Positions 24,077-34,300 of a stretch of 64,000 nucleotides of DNA are shown here, in pieces. The stretch is from an uncultured Rhodospirillaceae bacterium (GTDB taxonomy: Bacteria; Pseudomonadota; Alphaproteobacteria; GCA-2731375): contig CAZVYX010000003.1 in the NCBI GenBank assembly GCA_964631725.1, positions 19,209-83,208 on the forward strand, written 5' to 3'. Positions within the stretch are counted from its first letter, which is position 1, and every line of letters starts with the position of its first letter. Below the pieces are notes generated by a model. It did no database searches. It saw nothing but the letters and a program-made list of their open reading frames with translations, and had not been told where the DNA came from. Position numbers and translations under genes: made by a program.

Positions 24077-24601
24077 ATGGAAATTCGCCCGGTGGCGGAT
24101 CATGACATGGCCGCCATACAGGCGATTTACGCCCATCATGTCCTGAACGGCCTGGCTTCGTGGGAGTTGGAACCGCCCGATGTCGCGGAATTGACCGCCC
24201 GGCGCGATGGCTTGTTGCGCGCCGGCTATCCTTACGTGGTTGCTATTTTGGCGGAAGAGTTGGTGGGATACGCCTCCGCCAGCCCCTACCGGACCCGGCC
24301 GGCCTATCGATTTACCGTGGAAAACACCATCTATCTGCATCCCGACCGCCCGGGCCAGGGCATCGCGCAACCACTTTTGCAGCGGGTGATTGAAGATTGC
24401 ACGGCGCTGGGGTTTCGTCAGATGATCGCCGTGGTTGGCGACAGCGGCAATCATGCCTCAATCCGATTCCACGAAAAGATGGGTTTTTGCCGCGTTGGAC
24501 TGATCGAAAACATCGGCTGGAAAGCGGGCCGTTGGCTCGATTCCGTGATCCTGCAGCGGGGCCTGGGCCCGGGCGGCGGCGTTCCACCACGGGAAAGCTG
24601 A
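24077..24601 (+). CDS. GNAT N-acetyltransferase (phosphinothricin-acetyltransferase-like)
   Basis: MEIRPVADHDMAAIQAIYAHHVLNGLASWELEPP...HEKMGF. Confidence 0.65.
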   Translation: MEIRPVADHDMAAIQAIYAHHVLNGLASWELEPPDVAELTARRDGLLRAGYPYVVAILAEELVGYASASPYRTRPAYRFTVENTIYLHPDRPGQGIAQPLLQRVIEDCTALGFRQMIAVVGDSGNHASIRFHEKMGFCRVGLIENIGWKAGRWLDSVILQRGLGPGGGVPPRES

Positions 24602-24862
24602 AACTGACTAGGCGCGGCTACGAAAATTGACAGCCCATATGCGCCTTTGCCGAAATAAAACGCCGACAATTTTTCAATTCTGTGCTTGCAACGTCAGGCT
24701 GGCAGTGCCATGAAGGGTCACTCGTTGCACCTCGCCTCGACGTATCTTGTTTGCAGTGACTGCAAATAGACAGGATACGTCTGTGACTCGTGCATCTTTT
24801 AGAGGTGCGGCTCGGCTAAAACCGATGGCCGCTGCTGTAAATACATGTTGAAGGGAGTAGCT

Positions 24863-25072
24863 ATGGCTACCGGAACAGTGAAGTGGTTTAACCCGACGAA
24901 GGGTTTTGGTTTTATCGAGCCGTCGGACGGCGCCAAGGATGTCTTCGTGCACATCTCGGCCGTGGAGCGGGCTGGCATGCAGAGCCTGCGTGAGGGTCAA
25001 AAGGTTGAGTTCGAGCTGGTTGCAGGCCGTGACGGCCGGTCGGCCGCCGAAAATCTAGTCGCGCTCGACTAG
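24863..25072 (+). CDS. cspA: cold-shock protein CspA family
   Basis: [20 protein letters not shown]...DVFVHISAV with RNP1/RNP2 motifs, GAAGGGAG RBS, and a ~260-nt leader upstream. Confidence 0.9.
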   Translation: MATGTVKWFNPTKGFGFIEPSDGAKDVFVHISAVERAGMQSLREGQKVEFELVAGRDGRSAAENLVALD

Positions 25073-25154
25073 CACAAGCGCCAGAGTTAAGACCCGCGTT
25101 CCTAGGCGCGGCGGCATATAGCGACCGCGTCTGGACTCGGACCGAGGAATCGGC

Positions 25155-25198
25155 GGACCGGAAAGTATTCAAACTTTCCGGCCGTGTCTTCTTTTTTG
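25155..25198 (+). terminator. rho-independent terminator downstream of csp
   Basis: ggaCCGGAAAGT attcaa ACTTTCCGGcc hairpin followed by gtgtcttcTTTTTTg. Confidence 0.7.
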
Positions 25199-25292
25199 AT
25201 GCCATGATTTAGGCATCGTGTTTATCCTGGAACCAGGATGGCCAGGGGACGTGTGCGCGTCCATTCAAGGCCTCCCAACGCGGATAGTATTC

Positions 25293-25466
25293 ATGGCGCG
25301 AAAACCAAATTACAATTTCGAACGCCAGGAACGGGACCGCCGCAAGGCCGAGAAAAAGGCCGCCAAGGCGGCCGCCAAGGCGGAAAAGGCGGAGCGGGCA
25401 AAGGCCGAGCGCGAGGGCGTGCCCTATGAGGGGCCATCTCTCGAAGATAACGCCGACCCGGAATAG
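25293..25466 (+). CDS. hypothetical small Lys/Ala/Glu-rich protein (57 aa)
   Basis: MARKPNYNFERQERDRRKAEKKAAKAAAKAEKAERAKAEREGVPYEGPSLEDNADPE. It has a weak RBS and may be spurious. Confidence 0.25.
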   Translation: MARKPNYNFERQERDRRKAEKKAAKAAAKAEKAERAKAEREGVPYEGPSLEDNADPE

Positions 25467-25519
25467 CATCGCCGCCCAGTACTGCCAGCTTCAGTGAATT
25501 CCCCAGCGGCTCGGACAGC

Positions 25520-26410
25520 TCAATTGCCAAGTCCCAGAGTTTCTCGCGCCTCCGCCGAACTTTGCACCTTGCCGCCCAGGCTTTCGACGATGGTCACGGC
25601 GCGCGCCACCAGTTCGGCGTTGGAGGCGAAGACGCCCCGGTCGAGATAGAGGTTGTCCTCCAACCCCACGCGGACATGGCCGCCCAGCAACATCGCTTGC
25701 GCCACCATGGGCATCTGCATCGGGCCAAGACCGAACCCGGCCCAAATGGCGCCGTCGGGCAGGTTATCGACCATGGCCTTCATGGTCTGGGTATTGGCCT
25801 CGGCCCCATAAGGAACGCCAAGGCATAGCTGGTATAGCGGCGGCGGGTCGAGCAGGCCTTCGCTGAGCATCTGCTTGACGAACCACAGATGGCCAAAGTC
25901 GAAGATCTCCACCTCCGGCTTGACGCCGGCGTCCTGGATGCCCTTGGCCATGACGCGGAGCATATCGACCGTATTGGTCATGACGTAGTTGCCTTCGCCG
26001 AAATTCATGCTGCCGCAATCCAGGGTGCAAATCTCCGGCTTCAGTTCGACCACGTGTTCCAATCGGGTTTCCGCGCTGGCCATGTCGGTGGCGTTGCCCA
26101 ACTGCATGGGATCGTCCGGCCCGCCGAAATACACATCGCCCCCCATGCCCGTGGTCAAATTCAGAACGACATCGCAATCGCTGTCGCGCATCCGTTCGAC
26201 CAGTTCCCGGTACAATGCGGGATCGCGGCTGCCCTCGCCGGTTTCGGGATCACGGACATGCAGATGCACCACCGCCGCGCCCGCCTGGGCCGCCTCGATT
26301 GCGGACGCCGCGATTTGTTCCGGGGTAACCGGGATGGCCGGGTGCTTGCCCACCGTATCCGCCGACCCAGTGACGGCGCAGGTGATTATAACGTTTCGGT
26401 TCATGGTCAT
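25520..26410 (-). CDS. 3-keto-5-aminohexanoate cleavage enzyme family (BKACE/DUF849)
   Basis: 296 aa, [14 protein letters not shown]...[11 protein letters not shown], typical of the BKACE fold. Confidence 0.75.
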   Translation of the reverse strand: MTMNRNVIITCAVTGSADTVGKHPAIPVTPEQIAASAIEAAQAGAAVVHLHVRDPETGEGSRDPALYRELVERMRDSDCDVVLNLTTGMGGDVYFGGPDDPMQLGNATDMASAETRLEHVVELKPEICTLDCGSMNFGEGNYVMTNTVDMLRVMAKGIQDAGVKPEVEIFDFGHLWFVKQMLSEGLLDPPPLYQLCLGVPYGAEANTQTMKAMVDNLPDGAIWAGFGLGPMQMPMVAQAMLLGGHVRVGLEDNLYLDRGVFASNAELVARAVTIVESLGGKVQSSAEARETLGLGN

Positions 26411-26420
26411 CCTCTATATC

Positions 26421-27209
26421 TCAATATGGCCCGCCCAAGGTTTCCGTATGGCCATCCAATGATATCACCTGGCCGCTGATCCTGGCGCCCGCGTCCGAAG
26501 CCAGGAACAAGGCCATGGCCGCCACTTCGTCGGCGGAAACAAAGGTTCGCAACGACGTCGTGCGGTAATAGTCCTGGCGGATCTCTGCCGCGCCGACGCC
26601 CCTGGCCTTGGCCTCCGCCGCAATGACCCGGTCCATGCGCTCGCCCTCGACGGAGCCGGGCGCGATGGCATTAACCCGGATGCCGAACGGTCCCGCCTCC
26701 ATTGCCAGGCTCTTGGTCAGGCCAACCACGGCCCATTTCGCGGCGGCGTAGGGCGACCGCATGGGAAAGCCCATAATGCCGGCGTTCGAGGCCATGTTGA
26801 TGATGCAGCCCGAACCTTGGGCCTTCATCATGGGCAGGGCCTGGCGGGCGCACAGGAAGCCACCGTCCAGATTGACGCTTAGGCAACGGCGCCATTCTTC
26901 AGGTGACAGGGTCTCCAGAAAACCGGCCGGGCCGGCGATACCGGCGTTGTTGATCAATACATCAAGGCCGCCCAGCCCGCCCTGGACCGTTTCAAACAGC
27001 GCCGCCACATCAGCCTCTTCCGCCACATCCGCGGCGGCCGCGATGATATCCGGCTCCGCCACAGACAAGGCGTCAAGCGCCTGTTGATCGATGTCGCAAA
27101 CAGCAACCTGGGCGCCTTGCCGCCTAAAGGCCTGGGCCATGGCGCGGCCAATGCCGCTGCCTCCGGCGGTCACCAGGACGCGCTTATCCGTCATCTCCGC
27201 CGCCATCAA
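26421..27209 (-). CDS. SDR family oxidoreductase
   Basis: RVLVTAGGSGIGRAMA, NNAG and YAAAK motifs. Confidence 0.8.
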   Translation of the reverse strand: MMAAEMTDKRVLVTAGGSGIGRAMAQAFRRQGAQVAVCDIDQQALDALSVAEPDIIAAAADVAEEADVAALFETVQGGLGGLDVLINNAGIAGPAGFLETLSPEEWRRCLSVNLDGGFLCARQALPMMKAQGSGCIINMASNAGIMGFPMRSPYAAAKWAVVGLTKSLAMEAGPFGIRVNAIAPGSVEGERMDRVIAAEAKARGVGAAEIRQDYYRTTSLRTFVSADEVAAMALFLASDAGARISGQVISLDGHTETLGGPY

Positions 27210-27673
27210 TCCGAGCCGCCAAGCCGCGACAAAAGTTTGATCAACTGCGCCTGTTCCTTACTGTTCAGGCCCTTGGCGATGCGCGCCTCGTGCGCCACCA
27301 CCAAGCCGCGGGCCCGGTGCAACAACGTCCGCCCCGGCTCGGTAAGGCGCAGGGCATATGACCTGCGGTCGCTTGGCGCCGGCTCGCGCGCGACCAGACC
27401 GCGCCCCTCCAGGCGGTCGATCACGGCGACGACCGTCGAGCGGTCAATCCCCAGAGCATTGCCCAGGCGGGTCTGGTTCAAGCCCGAATTCGCCTCGATC
27501 AGGACCAGCACACCGAATTGTCCCGGCGTGATATCGCATCCCTTCAGGCTTTCGGAAAAATCCTGAAACGCCGCCGCCTGGGCCTTGCGCAGGTTGTAAC
27601 CGATCAAGCCCGGCAGCAGGTCGTAGTCAAAATCTTCGTTGCCCTGATCAGGGCTGTTCTTGGCAATACGCAT
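27206..27673 (-). CDS. MarR family transcriptional regulator
   Basis: Winged-helix region GQFGVLVLIEANSGLNQTRLGNALGIDRSTVVAVIDRLEGRGLVAR. Confidence 0.8.
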   Translation of the reverse strand: MRIAKNSPDQGNEDFDYDLLPGLIGYNLRKAQAAAFQDFSESLKGCDITPGQFGVLVLIEANSGLNQTRLGNALGIDRSTVVAVIDRLEGRGLVAREPAPSDRRSYALRLTEPGRTLLHRARGLVVAHEARIAKGLNSKEQAQLIKLLSRLGGSD

Positions 27674-27749
27674 GACAATGCGAAGCTAAGCCACTTCGCC
27701 GATTGGAGAAAGGAGATTTCTGCTTTAGATTGACAGTTAATGGACCTAA

Positions 27750-28052
27750 ATGGGGATTACTAGGGCAGTGAGCTATCAAGTCAAAATACGGAGTGCCGGC
27801 AAAGTCATCACGGTCGGCAAGGACGAAACCATTCTGGAAGCGGCACTGGCGGCTGACATCGACTACCCATGTAGTTGTCAGTCGGGCACGTGCAGTACAT
27901 GCAAATCAGAACTGCTGGCCGGTGAAGTCGAGATGACGGACTATTCAGACTTGGCCCTGACCGATGCAGAGCGTGGACAGGGGCAGATCCTGGCTTGCAG
28001 CGCCATTCCCCTGACCGATTGCGAAGTGGCCTGGCTGGACGAGGATCCCTAA
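27750..28052 (+). CDS. plant-type [2Fe-2S] ferredoxin
   Basis: C-x4-C-x2-C...C pattern (CSCQSGTCSTC ... LACS). An alternative GTG start lies at 27768. Confidence 0.75.
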   Translation: MGITRAVSYQVKIRSAGKVITVGKDETILEAALAADIDYPCSCQSGTCSTCKSELLAGEVEMTDYSDLALTDAERGQGQILACSAIPLTDCEVAWLDEDP

Positions 28053-28074
28053 GAAGGGACAAAACAGGAAAGCC

Positions 28075-29115
28075 ATGAGCGAAAGCCAGCAAAACGAGTC
28101 TCGGCAGGCCTATTATGACCGCATCGCGCCGTCGAACCTGACGCCGCTGTGGGAGGTCTTTGCCGATCTGGTCACGCCGGAGCCGAAGGTCCAGGCCGGC
28201 GTCGCGATCTGGCACTATGACGATATCCGCGGCTTCATTTTGGAATCGGGCGGCCTTATTACCGCCAAGGAAGCCGTGCGACGTGTATTGATTCTGGAAA
28301 ACCCGAGCCTCCCGGGGCAATCGAAAATCACCAACACGCTGTACGCGGGCCTGCAGCTAATCCTGCCCGGCGAGGTCGCGCCGGCTCATCGCCACAGCCA
28401 GTCCGCCCTGCGTTTTATTGTCGAGGGCCGGGGCGCCTACACCGCCGTCGAAGGCGAGAAAACCATCATGCAGCCCGGCGATTTCGTGACCACGCCGTCC
28501 TGGGCCTGGCACGATCACGGCAACGACAGCGACGAGCCCATGGTCTGGCTTGATGGCCTGGATATCCCCATCGTCAATTTCTTCGATACCTCGTTCGCCG
28601 AGGACCTGGATCAGGACAGCCAGCCGCTTTCCCGCCCCCCCGGCGACAGTCAGGCGCGCTACGGCGCCGGCTTGCTGCCCGTGGGCTATGAAAGCGTCTC
28701 CCCGGCCTCGCCGGTCTTCAACTATCCCTACGAGCGTACCCGAGAGGCATTGGAACAGATGCGCAAGGCCGAGGAATGGGACCCCTGCCACGGCCTGAAA
28801 ATGCGCTATGTCAACCCGGTCAGTGGCGACTACGCCATGCCGACCATGGCCACGTTCATGCAGTTGATCCCGACCGGCCTGACTACCGCGCCCTACCGCG
28901 CCACCGACGGCATGGTCTATAGCGTGGTCGAAGGGACGGGCCGGACCTTCGCCAATGGCCAGCAATTAACCTGGGGCCCGCGCGACACCTTTGTCATTCC
29001 AAGCTGGTGCAGGCATCACCATGAAGTCGACGGCGATGCGGTCTTGTTCAGTTTTTCCGATCGGCCGGTCCAGGAAAAACTGGGCCTGTGGCGGCAAGAT
29101 CGCGGCAACCATTAA
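28075..29115 (+). CDS. gentisate 1,2-dioxygenase-like bicupin ring-cleavage dioxygenase
   Basis: 346 aa; APAHRHSQSALRFIVEGRGAYTAVEGEK...TPSWAWHDHGN cupin His motif, with a second cupin at the C-terminus. Confidence 0.7.
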   Translation: MSESQQNESRQAYYDRIAPSNLTPLWEVFADLVTPEPKVQAGVAIWHYDDIRGFILESGGLITAKEAVRRVLILENPSLPGQSKITNTLYAGLQLILPGEVAPAHRHSQSALRFIVEGRGAYTAVEGEKTIMQPGDFVTTPSWAWHDHGNDSDEPMVWLDGLDIPIVNFFDTSFAEDLDQDSQPLSRPPGDSQARYGAGLLPVGYESVSPASPVFNYPYERTREALEQMRKAEEWDPCHGLKMRYVNPVSGDYAMPTMATFMQLIPTGLTTAPYRATDGMVYSVVEGTGRTFANGQQLTWGPRDTFVIPSWCRHHHEVDGDAVLFSFSDRPVQEKLGLWRQDRGNH

Positions 29116-29126
29116 AGTACAGACAG

Positions 29127-29726
29127 ATGGCGACAAACGAGTACGAATTCCTCGACGAGGCGGAGTTAAGCGACTTTCCCGGCCTCATGGCAGTCAGCCA
29201 GTTCGTCCGCATGCTGGGGGAAGTGCCCTGGTTCGGCGGCCTGGGCGCCGAACTGGACGGGCGGGAAGAACTGCTGGCGGAGGATTATCTGCTGGCCCTG
29301 GGCTTTCCCGACGCGCGTATCGCGCCTGTCCTGGATTGGGAAGAAGCAGCCGATGCCGCCGCCAATCCTGACTGGAATACGGAATGGTGGGAAGCCGAGG
29401 AACAGGTCCGCGTCGCCCTGGTTACCGAAGCCTGCCAGCGGGCCGATGAAGAGACCGTCATGGTTGCCCTGACACATCTGCAAAACCAGGCTATCGAAGC
29501 AGTACTGGAGCCGGCCGAATTGGCGGCCGAGGCGGGTGGTGTGGCGGACGAGGAACTGATCCGTGCCGCTGCCGGTGCCGGTGCCCAGGCGATCTACCAG
29601 GCCGGGCTGCTGCTGGCGGCGGAGCATGAGGATGACGAGCACCATGTTTTTGCCCTGAAATACCGCCTGTTTGAATCCGGCCGCTGGCCCATCGGCGTCG
29701 TCGGCAACAGCTTTCACATATTCTAG
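29127..29726 (+). CDS. hypothetical highly acidic protein inside the gentisate cluster
   Basis: 199 aa from MATNEYEFLDEAEL...; very Glu/Asp/Ala-rich with no recognisable motif. It lies between the dioxygenase and the hydrolase. Confidence 0.5.
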   Translation: MATNEYEFLDEAELSDFPGLMAVSQFVRMLGEVPWFGGLGAELDGREELLAEDYLLALGFPDARIAPVLDWEEAADAAANPDWNTEWWEAEEQVRVALVTEACQRADEETVMVALTHLQNQAIEAVLEPAELAAEAGGVADEELIRAAAGAGAQAIYQAGLLLAAEHEDDEHHVFALKYRLFESGRWPIGVVGNSFHIF

Positions 29727-29759
29727 CCTCAATCACTTAGCCACGAATTGGAGCCCGCC

Positions 29760-30452
29760 ATGGCATTCGCCATTACCCCGCCGCCACAGTCCGCCGTTCC
29801 CGTTGAAGGCGGCGATCCCTTTCCGGTGCGCCGGATCTATTGCGTTGGCCGCAATTACGCCGCCCACGCCCGCGAAATGGGCCACGACCCGGACCGGGAG
29901 CCGCCGTTCTTCTTCATGAAGCCGGCGGACGCCGTGACCATGGATGGCGGTGCCATCGACTACCCGCCGGCAACATCCGATCTGCATCACGAGATCGAAC
30001 TGGTGGTGGCCCTGTCCAAGGGCGGCGCGGATATTCCGGAAGATCAAGCCCTTGGCCATGTCTTTGGCTATACCGTCGGCTTGGACATGACCCGGCGCGA
30101 TCTTCAGGGCGAGGCCAAGGAAAAGGGCCGGCCCTGGGATACCGGCAAGGGCTTTGACAACGGCGCGCCCATGGGCGCCCTGCACACGGTTGCCGATGTC
30201 GGCCATCCCACCGACGCCCGCATCTGGCTCAAGGTAAATGGCCAGAGCCGTCAGGAAGGCAATATCAACCAGATGATCTGGAACGTGCCCGAGACCATCG
30301 CCTATCTGTCCGGCCTGTTTGAACTGCGCCCGGGCGATATGATCATGACCGGCACACCGGAAGGCGTGGCCGCCGTCGGCCCCGGCGACCGGCTGGAAGG
30401 CGGGGTCGAAGGCATCGCAACCCTGTCGATCTCCTACAATCCTAAATCCTGA
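29760..30452 (+). CDS. FAH-family hydrolase (fumarylpyruvate/maleylpyruvate hydrolase-like)
   Basis: IYCVGRNYAAHAREMG...HHEIELVVAL...DMIMTGTPEGV, the fumarylacetoacetate-hydrolase fold, ~230 aa class. Confidence 0.7.
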   Translation: MAFAITPPPQSAVPVEGGDPFPVRRIYCVGRNYAAHAREMGHDPDREPPFFFMKPADAVTMDGGAIDYPPATSDLHHEIELVVALSKGGADIPEDQALGHVFGYTVGLDMTRRDLQGEAKEKGRPWDTGKGFDNGAPMGALHTVADVGHPTDARIWLKVNGQSRQEGNINQMIWNVPETIAYLSGLFELRPGDMIMTGTPEGVAAVGPGDRLEGGVEGIATLSISYNPKS

Positions 30453-30464
30453 GGCGGCGCGCCC

Positions 30465-31271
30465 GTGAAAATCTCCATTGCCACCTGGAACGTCAATTCC
30501 GTCCGGGCCCATTTATCCACCATCGAACAATTCCTTGCCGACCGGCAGCCGGATGTTCTTTGCTTGCAGGAAATCAAGGTGACGAACGAGCTGTTCCCCC
30601 TGGAACTGTTCCAGGCGCACGGCTATGTGCATCATGCCCTGCATGGGCAAAAGGCCTATCACGGCGTCGCCATCTTTTCCAAGGCGGCACTGCCGTTGGC
30701 GAAGGTCACGCGCAAGCATTGGTGCGATATCGAGCAGGCCCGGCACGTCTATTGCACCCTGCCGGGCGGTTTGGAATTGCACAATTTCTACGTCCCGGCG
30801 GGCGGTGACAAACCCGATGTGGAAGCCAATGAAAAATTCCGCCACAAACTCGATTTCATGACCGAGGTCGCGGCCTGGTTCAAGCGGCGCAAACGCAAGA
30901 AAAACCGCTTTGTTCTGCTCGGCGATCTGAACGTGGCGCCATTGGAAACCGATGTCTGGAATCACAAGCAGCTGCTGCGCGTGGTCAGCCACACCCCGAT
31001 CGAGGTCGAGCACATGGATGCCTGGTACGCCTCGCATGACTGGGTCGATGCGGTGCGCCATTTCATTCCCGAGGAAGAAAAGCTCTACTCGTGGTGGAGC
31101 TATCGCGCGCGCGATTGGGAGCAGGCCGACAAGGGCCGCCGCCTTGATCACATCTGGGTCACGCCGGCGCTGGCGCCAAAGCTGCGCGGCGCCGAGGTTT
31201 TCAGGCCGGCCAGGGGTTATGAACCAGCCTCCGACCATGCCCCGATAATCGTTGAGTTGGAAACGGAATAG
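30465..31271 (+). CDS. xthA: exodeoxyribonuclease III
   Basis: MKISIATWNVNSVRAHLSTIEQFLADRQPDVLCLQEIK, AP-endonuclease family 1. Confidence 0.9.
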   Translation: MKISIATWNVNSVRAHLSTIEQFLADRQPDVLCLQEIKVTNELFPLELFQAHGYVHHALHGQKAYHGVAIFSKAALPLAKVTRKHWCDIEQARHVYCTLPGGLELHNFYVPAGGDKPDVEANEKFRHKLDFMTEVAAWFKRRKRKKNRFVLLGDLNVAPLETDVWNHKQLLRVVSHTPIEVEHMDAWYASHDWVDAVRHFIPEEEKLYSWWSYRARDWEQADKGRRLDHIWVTPALAPKLRGAEVFRPARGYEPASDHAPIIVELETE

Positions 31272-31389
31272 GTCCATCAGCGGCGGGCCTAATTTAGGAC
31301 CAAATTTGCGGCAGGAAAAAACACGTGATTATTGATACATAGGCTATTCTTGTATTAGTCATTCTCGGAACGGTGTTGTGAACTGACCA

Positions 31390-34300
31390 ATGGGCAACGT
31401 GGAGAGCGGGAAGGCACACGACAGCGGCATATTGCGGCGGCAGATCGAATGCGTGGGCCAGTTGGCGGCCAGCACGGTCTTGGTGGAGCAAGGCCTTGGC
31501 GCCGCCCTGCAGGAAATCACGGAAGCCGCGGCGCGGGCTTTAAATGTCGACCGCATCAGTCTTTGGCAACATGACGCATTGGATGGGGAGGCGACCTGTC
31601 TGGAGGCCTTTGACCGGCGCGCGCGCCGCCACGAAGAGGGCGCGGTCCTGCAACTGGCGCAACACCAGGCCCATCTTGCCGAACTGAAACGCCGACACGT
31701 TCTAGCGGTAGACGATACAAGCCTGGACAAGCAGGCCGCCGCCATTCACCGGGATGTCTTGGATCCGATGAGCATCAAGGCAATATTGCTCGTCTCGATC
31801 CGGCGCGAAGGCCGTTTTATCGGTTCCTTGGCCTGTTCGAAATTGTCCGGACCGCATCACTGGACAGCCGAGGAGCAGGCCTTCGCCGGCGTTTTCGCGG
31901 AGTTCGTCTCGCGCAGCCTGGAAACCCATGAACGGCGGAATGCCGAAACCGCGTTCAAGGATTTCGCCGATGCCGCCAGCGACTGGTTCTGGGAAACCGA
32001 TACCGAGCACCGGTTCACATATGTCTCGGATAAATTCTTCAAATTGACCGGCGAGACCCCTGACGACGTTATTGGCAAGACCCGGTCCGAAAGCCAACGC
32101 GAAATCGACGACCCGGTCCTGGCCAATGAATTCTTACGGGTTCTGGCCGCACACGAAACGTTTCGCGATGTCATCAATGCGCGTACTTTTCCAGATGGAA
32201 AGCGTCAATGGTACCGGATTAGCGGCGTGCCGGTGTTCGATGAAAACGACAAATTCAAGGGTTACCGGGGCGTCGGCACCGATGTCACCGAGCACATTCG
32301 CATGGAACGGGCCTTGCAAGAGCGGGAAGCCAATTTCAGCGCCCTGGTCGATGCGGCCCCGCTGCCCATCACGGTTACGGTCGACGGAATGCACGTCTAT
32401 GGCAATGCACTGGCGTACGGGCTTCTGGGCGTCAGTCAGGAAGAATTTGACGGCATGGGCGCGCATCAAATCTATGTGAATCGGGAAGACCAAAAATCCA
32501 TCGTGGCCGAGCTGGAGGCACGGGGACGAATTCGCAACCGCGAGGTTCTCTTGCAACGCAAGGATGGCGTCACTTTCTGGACCTCACTCAACGCCAACAT
32601 CGCCGATTTCCAGGGCAAAAAGGCCTATATCACGGGTTTTACGGATATTACGGAACGTAGGACAGCACAGGAAGAATTGGCGAAAACCGCGTCTCTTCTG
32701 GAAGCGATCCTTGATGCCGTACCGGGCGGCCTGACATATCGCGACCTGGATGGCCGCATTCAATTCATGAACAAGCAAGGGGCGGCTATTCTTGACAGGC
32801 CGGCCAATGAATTCATCGGCAAGACCCTGACCGAAATATTTGGCGATGTTGATGGCATTACGACGGAGACATTGGTTTCGCGGGTTATCGAGACCGGAAA
32901 ACCCATCCTGAATCATGAGAACGCGCCCCCGCGCGTCTCCGGCCGCACCTTCAATTTTAGCGTGGTACCGGTACAGGACCAGAATGACACAATGGTCGGC
33001 GTCGTAACGTCGACAGATGAGATCACGGCACGAAAACAGGCGGACGACCAGCTACGCCGCAGTGAAGCTAGATTTCGCAACGTTGTTGAGAATTCCATCC
33101 AAGGTGTCTGTATTGAGCGGGAAGACCGCATACTCTTCGCCAATCAGGCGCTGGCGAATATATTTGGTTATGAAACGCCCGAAGATATCATTGCCCTTGT
33201 ATCGACCGAGAAGCTGTTGCCGCCAGAAGAGGCGAAACGCATACGTAAGTTCAACGAACTGCGTTCAAGGGGTGATTTCGCGCCCGAGCATTATCGCGCC
33301 CAAGGCCAGCGCCGGGATGGCACGGTAATCTGGCTCGACATCATGATCAATACGGTGGATTGGGATGGTGAGGCTGCCGTCCAGGCCACGGTCGTGGATG
33401 TCACGGCGGAGGTAGAGGCCGCCACCGGTCGGGAACAGTTGGCCGACGCGTTGGAACATTTCCCCGAATCCGTCGTGCTTTTCGACCAGGACGACCGCCT
33501 GATCTTTCAGAATGCCGCCTATCGGCAATCCTACTGGCAGGTCAGGAATTTCAATCCCTACGGCTGCACCTTCGAGGAGATTTTGCGCAAATCCGCCGAA
33601 TCCGGTTACGTGCCGGAGGCGGAGGGGCGGGTTGAGGAATGGCTGCAGGAACGATTGGCGGCACACAGAGAAAAAATCAGTCCCGTTCGGGTCAGGCGCA
33701 TGGGAAAAGAGGAGATTTGGCAGGATATCTATGACGTCACCACCCAGGGCGGCGGCTCGCTGATGCTGCTGGTCGACGCGACCAAATTGCACCAGCAAGA
33801 GGATCTATTGCGCGAGGCGCAGAAGATGGAGACCGTTGGCCAGCTTACCGGTGGCGTGGCACATGACTTCAACAATATTCTGGCCGTCATCCAGGGCAAC
33901 CACGAACTTATCGACAACGCCATTGATCCCGATAGCCGCCTGCACAGATTTCTCGCGCCCGCCGCCCGCGCCACAACACGCGGCGCCGATTTGACCCACC
34001 GCCTCCTGGCCTTTGTGCGGCGGCAGCCGCTCAAAATGCGCGCGGCCGACCTGGCGGATTTGATCCGCAACATGGATGGCATGCTGAAAAGCAGCCTTGG
34101 CGAAACGATTTCCACATCGCTGATCTGCGAGCCCGGCCTTTGGCATTGCAACGTGGATCCGACGCAGTTGGAGCAGGCTATCCTGAACCTTGCCGTTAAC
34201 GCGCGCGATGCCATGCCGGACGGTGGAAAGCTGACTTTTCAGGTCTGCAATAGCACCATCGAAGCGCAAATGACGGCCCGGCAGCTGGGCATCACGCCGG

